Source of the DNA: Patescibacteria group bacterium
Lineage (GTDB): Bacteria; Patescibacteriota; Minisyncoccia; Phycocordibacterales; XYD1-FULL-46-19
Direction of reading: 5' to 3'
DNA: 60,209 nucleotides
Assembly: GCA_022705505.1 (NCBI GenBank)
Contig: JAKJEI010000002.1
Location: forward strand, 1-60,209
Both the position numbers and the translations under genes were made by a program. The first letter of the stretch is position 1. Every line of letters starts with the position of its first letter. The notes beneath the pieces were generated by a model, which worked only from the letters and a program-made list of their open reading frames with translations, searched no databases and had not been told where the DNA came from. This document shows, one piece after another, positions 9,291 through 18,976 of this stretch.

Positions 9291-9410
9291 AAATTAAGTT
9301 AAAAATTAGAAATTATAAGTTAAAAACCAAGAAAACTGATATAAAATATAGTATAGCAAAAAGCGGCAAAAATTGAAGTCCAAAATAAGAGCCGGAAATT
9401 TTTCCGACTT

Positions 9411-9872
9411 TTATTTTATGTCTACTATTTTGTACTTGGTTTTGCCTTTTGGTGTTACAACCGCAACCTCCTCGCCTTTTTTGTAGCCAAGCAAAGCCGA
9501 GCCCAAAGGCGATTCATAAGAAATTTTGCCGGCTGCCATGTCAGCTTCTTCCGCGCCCACTATTTGATAGGTTTCCGCCTGGCCATTTTTGTCAACTGTT
9601 ACCGTTGTGCCAACCTCCACCTGACCGCTATGATGACTTTTGACAATTTGCGAGTTTTTGAGAGAGTATTCAATCTGCGCAATTCGGTCTTCCACATCAG
9701 CCTGTCTTTCGCGCGCTTCGTGATATTCAGCATTTTCCGACAAATCACCAAGCGACTTGGCGTATTCCAAATCTTCGGCATTTTTTTTGCGTTCCACGAC
9801 TTTCAGATGAGCCAATTCCGCCTCAAGTTCATGATATTTTTCTTCACTCAAATATTGCGTTTTTTTAGCCAT
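9411..9872 (-). CDS. greA: Transcription elongation factor GreA
   Basis: Coiled-coil N-terminus with DLSENAEYHEARE and a C-terminal FKBP-like domain. Start set at MAKKTQYLSEEKY; the upstream 53 codons of the ORF look non-coding. Confidence 0.9.
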   Translation of the reverse strand: MAKKTQYLSEEKYHELEAELAHLKVVERKKNAEDLEYAKSLGDLSENAEYHEARERQADVEDRIAQIEYSLKNSQIVKSHHSGQVEVGTTVTVDKNGQAETYQIVGAEEADMAAGKISYESPLGSALLGYKKGEEVAVVTPKGKTKYKIVDIK

Positions 9873-9946
9873 ATTATGACAATAATAGCCCAAGTTCATG
9901 GAAAAATCAATGGGCAATACAATGCGAATATCACGAATGAGAGGCA

Positions 9947-11662
9947 TTAATCGTGGGGAAGATTTGCCGCTTCGCCCCTTAAGGAAAGGTCGGTATCTTC
10001 CAAATATTCCGGAGTATAAATTTTCATCCAATCAAATAATTGTCGCATGACAAAGACCCCGCCGATCGTATTACTGCGCGGACCTTTTTCCATCACGACC
10101 ACGAACGAATAACGCGGGGTGTCATAAGGGAAAAAACCAGTCACCCAAGAATTGACCTTTTCTTTGCTTACCCCCAATTCAGCGGTACCAGTCTTGGCGG
10201 CAATTTTGACAGACGGTGTGTTCAAGCCGGCCGCCGTCCCCTCCAACACGCCCTGCCTCATCCCCTCTCTGACTATCTTTAAATCTTTGGCTTCAATCGG
10301 CAGGGAAGCTACTATTTGAATCTCTTTTGGCGAAGCCAGTTTCCGCACGGTCGGTTTTATCAGTTTGCCACCGTTGGCAATCGCCGCGTAAGCCCTGGCC
10401 ATTTGCAAAGGCGTTACCAAAACGCCATACTGGCCAATTACTGTGTGATAGGTATCGCCGACTCGCCACGGCTCGCCGTCAAAATTCTTGGCCTTCCATT
10501 CAACACTCGGAATAGACCCCACCGCTTCACTGGGCAAGTCAATGTCGGTCAGACGAGCCAAGCCGAACATCTCAGCATATTTTTTAATGTTTTTTATACC
10601 CAAACCCTTCTGATCGCCAAAGCCGCCACCAATTACATAGAAGTAAACGTTTGATGAAACGGCAATGGCTTTTCGCATATCCACGGCGCCGTGCGCTTTC
10701 CAATCTTTGAAAATCGTTTTTAATTTTGGATTATAAGGATTGACCACTTCAAGTTGGCCGGCGCTATAAATGGTTTTTTGCGGTTCAATGACCCCTTCCG
10801 CCAAAGCGGCCGCGGCCATAAACGGCTTAAAAACCGACCCCGGCGTATACAATCCGAGAACCAAACGGTTTAAGAGCGGGTTACGGCTGTCACCGAAATA
10901 AGAATTTATTTTTACCGGGTCGTTGCCAAGCGAAATGGCATTTGGGTCATAACCCGGGTAGCTGGCCATCGCCAAAATTTCACCAGTTTGAGTATCAACA
11001 ATAACCCCGCTACCGGCCGTAAAACCACGATCGGCCACCACATTGCCAATTATTTCATAAAGTTTAGCTTGCACTTTGTGGTCAATGGCCAGGGTCAAAT
11101 CCTTGCCGCTTTGCGGCTGGTTAATCACATGGTCAGAAGCCACTTCCCCTCGTGCATTCACCTCAATAATTTTTACCCCCTTAACACCCGCCAATTCTTT
11201 GTTGTATTGCTTCTCCACGCCACTTTTGCCGGACAATTCCTTAGACTCATAAAGTTCTTGGGCCATATCCTCCGGCGAAGGATAGCCCAAATAACCAAGG
11301 ATATGACTGAAAGCTGGATTGTCGCTATATTTTCGACCTTGGTCGTTCCAAGCCAACTCTTCGCCGTTGCGGTCGTAAATGTTTCCGCGTTCCGGAAAAA
11401 TCGTTAACAAGTTCAGGGTATTATTCAAGCTTCGGTTGGCGTAGTATTCACCCTTGGCCAACTGAAGATAGCCGGTTCGCAAAACAAAAATAATAAAAAT
11501 CCCCAAACAAATCAAAAGAAAAAAAAGAATGGTCTTTCGGCTAATCGCCTTCTCCAAACGGCCTTCAAACTGCTGGTTATCAAACTCCGGCAAATTGCTT
11601 GAATCAAGGAAAACCTCATCAGGGTTAAGCTCTCGTGATTTGAGACGTGAACGATAAAACAT
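9947..11662 (-). CDS. mrdA: Penicillin-binding protein 2 (elongation transpeptidase)
   Basis: TM anchor, transpeptidase motifs (SVFKP, SSN, KTGTA), and position downstream of mreBCD. Start set at the internal ATG (MFYRSRLK...). Confidence 0.85.
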   Translation of the reverse strand: MFYRSRLKSRELNPDEVFLDSSNLPEFDNQQFEGRLEKAISRKTILFFLLICLGIFIIFVLRTGYLQLAKGEYYANRSLNNTLNLLTIFPERGNIYDRNGEELAWNDQGRKYSDNPAFSHILGYLGYPSPEDMAQELYESKELSGKSGVEKQYNKELAGVKGVKIIEVNARGEVASDHVINQPQSGKDLTLAIDHKVQAKLYEIIGNVVADRGFTAGSGVIVDTQTGEILAMASYPGYDPNAISLGNDPVKINSYFGDSRNPLLNRLVLGLYTPGSVFKPFMAAAALAEGVIEPQKTIYSAGQLEVVNPYNPKLKTIFKDWKAHGAVDMRKAIAVSSNVYFYVIGGGFGDQKGLGIKNIKKYAEMFGLARLTDIDLPSEAVGSIPSVEWKAKNFDGEPWRVGDTYHTVIGQYGVLVTPLQMARAYAAIANGGKLIKPTVRKLASPKEIQIVASLPIEAKDLKIVREGMRQGVLEGTAAGLNTPSVKIAAKTGTAELGVSKEKVNSWVTGFFPYDTPRYSFVVVMEKGPRSNTIGGVFVMRQLFDWMKIYTPEYLEDTDLSLRGEAANLPHD

Positions 11663-11679
11663 ATTTAAATAATAACCGA

Positions 11680-11937
11680 TTAATGGTAGAAAACAACTCG
11701 CCGCTTCACAAGCTCGCTCAAATAAACTAACAAAATCACTCCGGCGGTAACGGACATCGCCGGCCAAATAGTTTCTGGTTGTTGGCGCAAGACATCAAAC
11801 AAAAAAGCGCCGATCGTTGCTTCGTAAAAATTTGGAAAGCTAAAAATAAAAACCAAAAGCAAAACCAAGTTTAACCACCACGGGAAAAAAAGAGCTGAAA
11901 CCATCAAGATAAAGGCGGCGCCAAATCTAAACAGCAT
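11680..11937 (-). CDS. mreD: Small polytopic membrane protein, MreD-like
   Basis: About 85 aa and very hydrophobic, lying between mreC and mrdA. The call is by position only. Confidence 0.5.
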   Translation of the reverse strand: MLFRFGAAFILMVSALFFPWWLNLVLLLVFIFSFPNFYEATIGAFLFDVLRQQPETIWPAMSVTAGVILLVYLSELVKRRVVFYH

Positions 11938-12721
11938 AAACCTCAACCCACTTAATCTGAAAAATATTTATCGGCGCGTTGAAAAGAATTGTTTGGAAAG
12001 GATCAGCATTGGTTTTTTTTATCACATCCACCAACCCCAACAAGTAACCTCCATACTCAGGCGCGATTACCACGTCGCCCTTGACCACCTCAGCGCCCTT
12101 AGGCAAAGTGATAGAAAAGTTTCCGCCGCCCAAACCAGTGGCTTCCGCCGGCAAATTTTCTTTGCCAATCAAAACCGAAATGGCTTTATTGGTAGAAACT
12201 AGTCCAACTTTCGTGTGGTAATCCCGCACTTCCAAAACTCGGCCCAGTAAAACCTTATCGTTGTAAACCACCAGATCGCCGGGTTTAATCTCAGAGTTTT
12301 TTCGTCCAACATCCAATGTCACAACCCCGCTCGCAATCACGTTTGGGGTCAACAAGACTTTGGCCACAATTGATTTTTTACTTTCCTGATTAGAAAGATC
12401 GAGCAATCTTTTTAATTCACGGTTTTCTTTTTCCAATCCCCGACGATTGACCAAGGCTAATTTTAAATCAAAATTTTCGCGCGCCAGTTTTTCGTTCTCG
12501 CGAAGAAGGTCCTCTTTAGCCCGGAAAAAAGCAAAAAAGTTGAGCCAGCCAGACCCGGCTTCATCAGCCACCTTGCCAAATGGCGAAGCAACGCTGGCCG
12601 CCGCTGGAAAAAACTTTTGCGCCAAAAAATTACCTATAAGTAGCAAGCCCAAAATTACCACTAAAACAATCACCGGTTTTTGCCAATTTCGACTCTTTTT
12701 GCGGTAACTATAAAAAGTCAT
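11927..12721 (-). CDS. mreC: Rod shape-determining protein MreC
   Basis: N-terminal TM helix, coiled coil (ENEKLARENFDLK) and a beta-rich C-terminal domain. ATGA overlap with mreB. Confidence 0.85.
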   Translation of the reverse strand: MTFYSYRKKSRNWQKPVIVLVVILGLLLIGNFLAQKFFPAAASVASPFGKVADEAGSGWLNFFAFFRAKEDLLRENEKLARENFDLKLALVNRRGLEKENRELKRLLDLSNQESKKSIVAKVLLTPNVIASGVVTLDVGRKNSEIKPGDLVVYNDKVLLGRVLEVRDYHTKVGLVSTNKAISVLIGKENLPAEATGLGGGNFSITLPKGAEVVKGDVVIAPEYGGYLLGLVDVIKKTNADPFQTILFNAPINIFQIKWVEVYAV

Positions 12722-13773
12722 CTTGGGGGTAAATCATCTTCATTATCAATAAGAATGTCGCGATGTGATTCAAAGTCGTCCAAAATAACACCAGTACCCC
12801 TTACCACCGCCGTTCCCGGGTCTTCCGCCAAATGGATTGGTATCTCAATCTCTTTTTCCAAGAGCTCGGCCAAGCCTCTCACCTGGGAACCGCCCCCGAC
12901 CAAAATAACCCCCCGACGCATAATATCTGAAACTACTTCCGGCGGGGTAGATTCCAAAACTTCCTTTACCGCGTCCACAAACAAAACAACTGAATTGAAT
13001 ACTGCCTCGCGAATATCAGAGTCGGTCACCGCCACTTCACGTGGTAAACCGGTTACCAGGTCTCGTCCGCGAATCAAAGCTTCACCCGGCACTGGTTGCT
13101 TAAGGACCGCGCCAATGGAAACTTTTACTTCCTCGGCAGTTTTTTCACCAAGCAAAATTTTGAATTCGTCGCGAATATAATTCACAATATCTTGGTTATA
13201 TTTCTCACCGGCGATATGTAAATTTTTGGAACGCACAACGCCACCCAGCGAAATGACAGCAATGTCGGTGGTGCCACCGCCAATATCCACAATCATGTTA
13301 CCAACCGGGTCATAGACCGGAATATTGATGCCAATGGCCGCGGCCATCGGCGATTCCACAATATGGACTTCGCGCGCGCCGGCGTTCATCACCGCGTCTC
13401 GCACTGCCCGCCGTTCCACGTTGGTGATGTCTGAAGGCACACTCACCACCACCCGTGGTCGAAAATATGCCTTCCCAACTGAACTCAGGGCTTTGCGCAA
13501 AAAGCAAGCAATCATTTCCTCACCCACCTCAAAATTTGAAATAACACCATTTTCCAGCGGCTTAATCGCTTGAATGTGCGCCGGGGTGCGACCAATCATT
13601 TCACTGGCATCATCCCCAACCGCCACCACTCGGCCAGTCTTTTGGTTGATCGCCACGATTGATGGTTCCGTCAAAACAATCCCATGACCCTTGATGTACA
13701 TCAAGGTCGTAGACGTGCCAAGGTCTATCCCCACATCAGTTGTCAAATTTTTAAAAAATCTATCGTACCACAT
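12718..13773 (-). CDS. mreB: Rod shape-determining protein MreB (copy 1, in the mreBCD-mrdA operon)
   Basis: Actin-fold motifs GIDLGTSTT, DIGGGTTD and GGGS. Confidence 0.93.
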   Translation of the reverse strand: MWYDRFFKNLTTDVGIDLGTSTTLMYIKGHGIVLTEPSIVAINQKTGRVVAVGDDASEMIGRTPAHIQAIKPLENGVISNFEVGEEMIACFLRKALSSVGKAYFRPRVVVSVPSDITNVERRAVRDAVMNAGAREVHIVESPMAAAIGINIPVYDPVGNMIVDIGGGTTDIAVISLGGVVRSKNLHIAGEKYNQDIVNYIRDEFKILLGEKTAEEVKVSIGAVLKQPVPGEALIRGRDLVTGLPREVAVTDSDIREAVFNSVVLFVDAVKEVLESTPPEVVSDIMRRGVILVGGGSQVRGLAELLEKEIEIPIHLAEDPGTAVVRGTGVILDDFESHRDILIDNEDDLPPR

Positions 13774-13870
13774 CTTGCAATAGGAATTAGAAGTTGAGAA
13801 CTAAAATAAATTATAAGTTTGTTTGTAATTTAACAGAACCTGACTTTTTAATTTTTAATCTAGACTTAAC

Positions 13871-15148
13871 TTACCGAACTTTATTTAGCAATTCCGCTTC
13901 CGATAAGTATTCAATTTCCCCCGTTGCTCGGTCAACTAACTCAAACTTCCCTTTCTTGATCGCTGAATCGCTAATCACCAAACGAAAAGGAATGCCGAGC
14001 AAATCGGCGTCGGCCAACTTTTCACCAGCCGACAAATCGCGGTCATCACACAAAACCTCTTTCCCGCTTGCCGTTAACTCCTCATAGATTTCCAAGGCTG
14101 TCTTGGCGGTCTCCGTCAAAGCCTCGCGGTCACCCGACAATTCAACTTCTTTCCCCAAGATTACCAGATGAATATCAAACGGCGCCACGGCGCGTGGCCA
14201 GACCAAACCTTTATTATCAGATTTGATTTCGGCAATCACCCCCATTATGCGCGCTGGGCCAAGACCGTAACAGCCCATCACGACCGGCCACGACCCTCCT
14301 TTTTCATCTTTAAAGTAAAGTCCAAGGGGCTGAGAAAAGCGAGTCCCTAGTTTAAAAATGTTGCCAACTTCAATGGATTTTTTCTCAGACAGCTCCTCGC
14401 GAGAAAGACCCAATTCGGACAAAGTTTCATCATTCAAAACTTCTTTATTAACCGCCAGCTTTTTTCCCTCTGACAAATAAATCAGATCCTCACCCGCTTC
14501 GCTCAAAGTCTGAAACTCGTGACTATATTTACTAAAGACACCGCCGGACGCAAAAGTGATATAGGTTGAGTCGCCTAAACCAATCCGTTCAAAAATTCTT
14601 TCATAAGCGCCCTTGACCTTGTCATAAAAATTGTCCAGGTCCTCTTCGGAAACATGAAAGGAATAGAGATCTTTCATCAAAAATTCGCGCCCGCGTAAAA
14701 TACCGCTCTTGGCGCGAGTCTCATTGCGAAACTTGGTCTGAATTTGATAAATAGCACGCGGCAAATCTTTATATGAACTAACGTGGTTCTTTAGCAATTC
14801 GGTAATTGCCTCTTCGTGGGTAAAACCAAGACCCAGCTCGCCACCGGTCTGCAGCTCGGTCTTAAACCAAATATCCACCTTGTCGCCGCTCCAACGGTCA
14901 GTCTTTTCATAAAGCAACGGATTCTGCAGAGCGGTCAATTCAAGCTCCACGGCCCCCAAAGCATCCATCTCTTTACGAATGATGTCGTTTATTTTATTCA
15001 GAACCCTCAAACCAAGTGGCAAATAAGAATAAACGCCCGCCATCTCCTTATGGATAAAACCGGCCCGAATCAACAATTTAGCATTTTGGGAAACTTCACC
15101 CTTAGGATCTTCCCGCCTGGTTTTTGAGAATAATTGAGACTGAAACAT
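13871..15148 (-). CDS. proS: Proline--tRNA ligase, short form lacking the INS editing domain
   Basis: Class II core and a C-terminal anticodon-binding domain in only 425 aa. The N-terminus QNAKLLIRAGFI...GVYSYLPLG is typical of ProRS. Confidence 0.85.
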   Translation of the reverse strand: MFQSQLFSKTRREDPKGEVSQNAKLLIRAGFIHKEMAGVYSYLPLGLRVLNKINDIIRKEMDALGAVELELTALQNPLLYEKTDRWSGDKVDIWFKTELQTGGELGLGFTHEEAITELLKNHVSSYKDLPRAIYQIQTKFRNETRAKSGILRGREFLMKDLYSFHVSEEDLDNFYDKVKGAYERIFERIGLGDSTYITFASGGVFSKYSHEFQTLSEAGEDLIYLSEGKKLAVNKEVLNDETLSELGLSREELSEKKSIEVGNIFKLGTRFSQPLGLYFKDEKGGSWPVVMGCYGLGPARIMGVIAEIKSDNKGLVWPRAVAPFDIHLVILGKEVELSGDREALTETAKTALEIYEELTASGKEVLCDDRDLSAGEKLADADLLGIPFRLVISDSAIKKGKFELVDRATGEIEYLSEAELLNKVR

Positions 15149-15257
15149 ATGCTCATCTTAAACCAAAAAAAGAGGTTCGTAAAGAAACTGTCTCAAATAT
15201 CCTGGAACAGTCAAATTACTTGACACAATTCCAGGATGTTGGCTTATACCATTGACC

Positions 15258-16367
15258 TTAAATTATTTTCAAAATGTCGCTCACCGCCACCACGGCCATC
15301 AAGAGCAGCAACAAGGAGAAACCGACCACATTCAAGGTATTGGCGATTTTGGGGTTAAGACGTGAGCCCTTAACAGCTTCAATGGCCAAAAAAAGCAAGC
15401 GGCCGCCATCCAGAGCCGGAAACGGCAACAAGTTTAGAACCGCCAAGTTGATAGAAATAACGGCGGTAAAATTAATCAGATAAACCAAACCAAGTTGGCT
15501 GATATCCGCAACCATCCCAAACAAACCAATTGGACCGGCCACCTCCGCCAAAGCCTGACTGCCACCCGTAAACAAACTGATGACAAAATCGACAAAACCG
15601 ACAACTGTCACAATCGTCATGCGGTAAGTAAATTCAAGACCAGTGATAATTGATTGAAAGAAAGACAAGCGCGCGATACCAACTCGTTCCATTGAGACAC
15701 CGATGCCGGCCTTTTCGCCAACCACCCCCGCCTTAGGCACCACCGTTAAAATTCCCTCTTCCAACTCTTCGCCGCCACCCCGAGAGTAAGCGACCTCTAC
15801 CGGACGATTTTCCCTGGCTTGCAAAAAATCTTGCACCTCTTCGGTGGTCGGCAAAACGACTTTCGCGGCATCATTGGAAAGCGATAAAATAGTGTCCCCC
15901 GCCAATAGGCCCGACAAGTCTGCCGGTGAATCTTTTACCACACTGGTAATCAAAAGCCTTTCTTCTTTTATTTGCGCTCCAGCCGGCAAATCGGCCAAAG
16001 CGACCGGCATACCAATAAAAAGACTGGCCGAAAAAAGCCCCCAGGCCAAAACCAGATTCAAAAAGACACCGGCGGCCAAGACAACGGCCTGAATATAACG
16101 CGGCTTGTGGATCATGCTCCGCGCATTATCCGGGCCACTCTCTGATTCTTCATCCGAATTCTCACCAAAAATCTTGACGAACCCGCCAATCGGAATCAGG
16201 TTGATTGAATACTCCGTCTCCCCCTTCTTAAAGCTAAGCAGTTTTGGTGGAAAACCAAAACCAAACTCGTCCACCCTGATGCCAAATTTTTTGGCAGCCG
16301 AAAAATGACCCAGTTCATGAGTAAAAATCAAAATCGCCAAAATAATGATGAAGATAATAACGGTCAT
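15258..16367 (-). CDS. rseP: Site-2 protease (M50, RseP family)
   Basis: HELGH zinc motif in the first TM helix, an internal PDZ-like segment and the C-terminal NLLPxPxLDGG motif. Confidence 0.9.
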   Translation of the reverse strand: MTVIIFIIILAILIFTHELGHFSAAKKFGIRVDEFGFGFPPKLLSFKKGETEYSINLIPIGGFVKIFGENSDEESESGPDNARSMIHKPRYIQAVVLAAGVFLNLVLAWGLFSASLFIGMPVALADLPAGAQIKEERLLITSVVKDSPADLSGLLAGDTILSLSNDAAKVVLPTTEEVQDFLQARENRPVEVAYSRGGGEELEEGILTVVPKAGVVGEKAGIGVSMERVGIARLSFFQSIITGLEFTYRMTIVTVVGFVDFVISLFTGGSQALAEVAGPIGLFGMVADISQLGLVYLINFTAVISINLAVLNLLPFPALDGGRLLFLAIEAVKGSRLNPKIANTLNVVGFSLLLLLMAVVAVSDILKII

Positions 16368-16443
16368 ATTGTTAAATTAAAAATCAGAAATTAAAGCTAA
16401 AACTTTCTAAAACAAAGCGAGAAAAACACAAATAACACCTCGA

Positions 16444-16992
16444 CTAACCAAAAATTTCTTTTTCTTTGCGTTCGGCCAGTTCGGCAATTTTATTGTTCAC
16501 GCCATCAATAATTTTTTGCAATTCATCTTTGGCCTTAAATTTATCATCCTCAGAAATTTGACCGGCCTTTTCTTGCTCTTGAATGTCACTCCAAACCTTC
16601 TCTCGTTCCTTGCGAACCGACACTCGCGCTTCTTCCATTTTCTCATTTACCAACTTCATCAACATTTTCCGCCTTTCTTCGGTCAAAGCGGGAAATGACA
16701 AACGCAAACCGTCGGAATTTGGCGCCGCCGATAATCCCAAATTGGACTTTTCTATCGCCGTTTGGATATCTTTTATTTGATTCTTGTCCCACGGCGTAAC
16801 TCTGAGAGTTTTGGCATCCTCAATGGAAATGTTGGCAATATGTTTAATCGGCATTTTTGAGCCATAAGACTCAACCATGACACCGTCTAAAACCTGCGGC
16901 GTGGCCTTGCCAGTCCGCACACTCAAATATTCGCGACCAAGCCACTCTTCTATCTCTTGTAAATGATTTTTAAATGGCAAAAAATTATACAT
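16444..16992 (-). CDS. frr: Ribosome recycling factor
   Basis: 182 aa with typical RRF sequence (LDGVMVESYGSKMPI, PALTEERRK). Confidence 0.93.
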   Translation of the reverse strand: MYNFLPFKNHLQEIEEWLGREYLSVRTGKATPQVLDGVMVESYGSKMPIKHIANISIEDAKTLRVTPWDKNQIKDIQTAIEKSNLGLSAAPNSDGLRLSFPALTEERRKMLMKLVNEKMEEARVSVRKEREKVWSDIQEQEKAGQISEDDKFKAKDELQKIIDGVNNKIAELAERKEKEIFG

Positions 16993-17109
16993 TGATACAA
17001 AGTTAGCTCTTAATTAAGTTAATAATAGACCAAAAAATAACAAGCGTAAAGCCGAAATCAAAAAAGATTCAGGGAAACTTCAAAGTTAACACTTGAGTTA
17101 TTAAAATCC

Positions 17110-17790
17110 TTAAATCGTCAACGCCAGGTTTTCCAAAATCAAACGAAGTGAAGACCGCGGACTGGCAAGATGTTTTTTGGCTTGGCTAACGACCGCCAAA
17201 CTTTTTAGGCCATTCCCTCGTCCAACAGACCGGAAACCTCCATACAACTCTCTCTCCAAATCATCCAAAAAACGAAAAACTTCACCTTTGCCAATTGTTT
17301 TGTTTCTGATAAAATTTTTTTTGACATATTCCAGGCGCGCAACCGGAGAAAGTTTAAGAAAACTGGCAACCATCCCGTCATCCCCTTGGCTTCCGCGCGA
17401 CTCGCCGGAACGAATGACAAAAAAACGGGACTTCAATGTCGGCAAAAAAACATCTTCCGAGCGCAAGATGACAAAAAAATGTGTCCCCTTGGTTGGCTCT
17501 TCAAAAGTCTTGAGGAGCGCGTTCTGCGCCTCAATCGTGGCCGAATCTATCGTCAAAACAAAGAAACGGCCATTTTGACCAAAGGCGCTCAAAATCTGTC
17601 GCTGTCTGAGAGAATGGCTATCCTTAATTCCAAATAAAGAATAACTTTCTTCAATGTAATCCGGACTAGCCAAGAGGTTGACCAGCCCTAATCGTTCCGA
17701 AAGCAACAAACGAAGCTTGGGCAAAAAGTCCTCCGGTCGTCCCACCAAAAGATAAGCATGATGTAAATTGGAATTATTTAAAAAATCCAT
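17110..17790 (-). CDS. holB: DNA polymerase III delta-prime-like subunit (short)
   Basis: HAYLLVG N-terminus, EAQNALLKTFEEP and SR motifs. No Walker A motif is present. Confidence 0.7.
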   Translation of the reverse strand: MDFLNNSNLHHAYLLVGRPEDFLPKLRLLLSERLGLVNLLASPDYIEESYSLFGIKDSHSLRQRQILSAFGQNGRFFVLTIDSATIEAQNALLKTFEEPTKGTHFFVILRSEDVFLPTLKSRFFVIRSGESRGSQGDDGMVASFLKLSPVARLEYVKKNFIRNKTIGKGEVFRFLDDLERELYGGFRSVGRGNGLKSLAVVSQAKKHLASPRSSLRLILENLALTI

Positions 17791-17836
17791 TTAGCATTTA
17801 AAAAAACGAGAACGCAAAAACCAAGAACCGACAAAA

Positions 17837-18844
17837 TTAACGTTTGCTGATGATGCTCTTCTTGTAGGTGCCAAGGTGTTCCAAGGCAATGCCGGTCCCT
17901 TTGGCCACACAAAAAAGCGCTTCATCCGCCAAGTAAGCCTTAACCCCGGTCTTGCGATAAACCAATTCGGACAAATTGCGAAGTTGCGATGAACCGCCAG
18001 TCATCGTAATCCCCTGGTCAATAATGTCGGCGGCCAGTTCGGGCGGAGTTTCTTGAAAAACCACCTTGATCGCCCGAAGGATCTCCTTTAATTCGTTGTC
18101 CATCGCCCGCACAATTTCATTGGTCCGCACTTCCACTGAACGCGGCAAACCGGTCATAAAATCACGACCCTTGATTAAGTAGACCAATTCCTCTTCCACC
18201 GGGATGGCCGAGCCGATAGAAGCTTTTACTTCTTCAGCAGTCTTGTCGCCAATTGCCAAATTAAAAGTCTTTTTTATGTAATCGGCGATTGCCTGGTCAA
18301 TTTTATTACCAGCGTGTTTGACCGACGTGGAAGCCACTATCCCGCCCAACGAAATGACCGCCACATCAGTGGTTCCGCCGCCAATGTCTACAATCATATG
18401 ACCGCGAGCCTCATAAATCGGGATACCGGCGCCGATGGCCGCCAAAATAGGTTCTTTGACCACATAAGCGTTTTTAGCGCCGGCACGCATAGTCGCCTCT
18501 ATCACCGCTCGTCGTTCGGTGGAGGTAACCCCGGCCGGCACAGACACCATCACGTCCGGCTTGAAAAAATTCAGTTTCCCCAACGCCTTGCTGATGTAGT
18601 AACGAAGCATCGCCTCGGTGACACGGTAATCGGCAATCACTCCATCCTTCATCGGCCTGTAAACATGAATGTTGTCAGGCGCTTTGCCAACCATTTCTTT
18701 GGCTTCAGTGCCAACAGCAACAACTTTATTATCAGGTTCAGACATCGCCACCGCTGAAGGTTCATTCAGAACAATCCCCTTATTTGGCGCGTAAACCAAG
18801 GTGTTAGCCGTCCCTAAATCTATCCCTAATTTTTTGATAAACAT
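17837..18844 (-). CDS. mreB: MreB paralog (copy 2, stand-alone)
   Basis: GIDLGTANT, DIGGGTTD and TGGSS motifs. The ATG at 18844 is preferred over the GTG at 18850. Confidence 0.9.
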   Translation of the reverse strand: MFIKKLGIDLGTANTLVYAPNKGIVLNEPSAVAMSEPDNKVVAVGTEAKEMVGKAPDNIHVYRPMKDGVIADYRVTEAMLRYYISKALGKLNFFKPDVMVSVPAGVTSTERRAVIEATMRAGAKNAYVVKEPILAAIGAGIPIYEARGHMIVDIGGGTTDVAVISLGGIVASTSVKHAGNKIDQAIADYIKKTFNLAIGDKTAEEVKASIGSAIPVEEELVYLIKGRDFMTGLPRSVEVRTNEIVRAMDNELKEILRAIKVVFQETPPELAADIIDQGITMTGGSSQLRNLSELVYRKTGVKAYLADEALFCVAKGTGIALEHLGTYKKSIISKR

Positions 18845-18976
18845 CGCCACGGCAATAAATGTAAAATTTAAAAATTAAAATGTAAAAACTAAAGCTAATT
18901 GTCCTCATTTTAGCCCAAAAAATGAGAAATAGCCACTTGACGTGAAGTGGTAAATATAATATAAAAATAACCAATT

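Noticed and set aside
12680-13180. 166-aa plus-strand ORF (Ser/Thr/Pro-rich) inside mreB
   Set aside because: It is antisense to a strongly supported MreB gene and has low-complexity composition typical of shadow ORFs. The same reasoning applies to the other antisense ORFs in lysS (8511-9008), mrdA, murA, eno and others.
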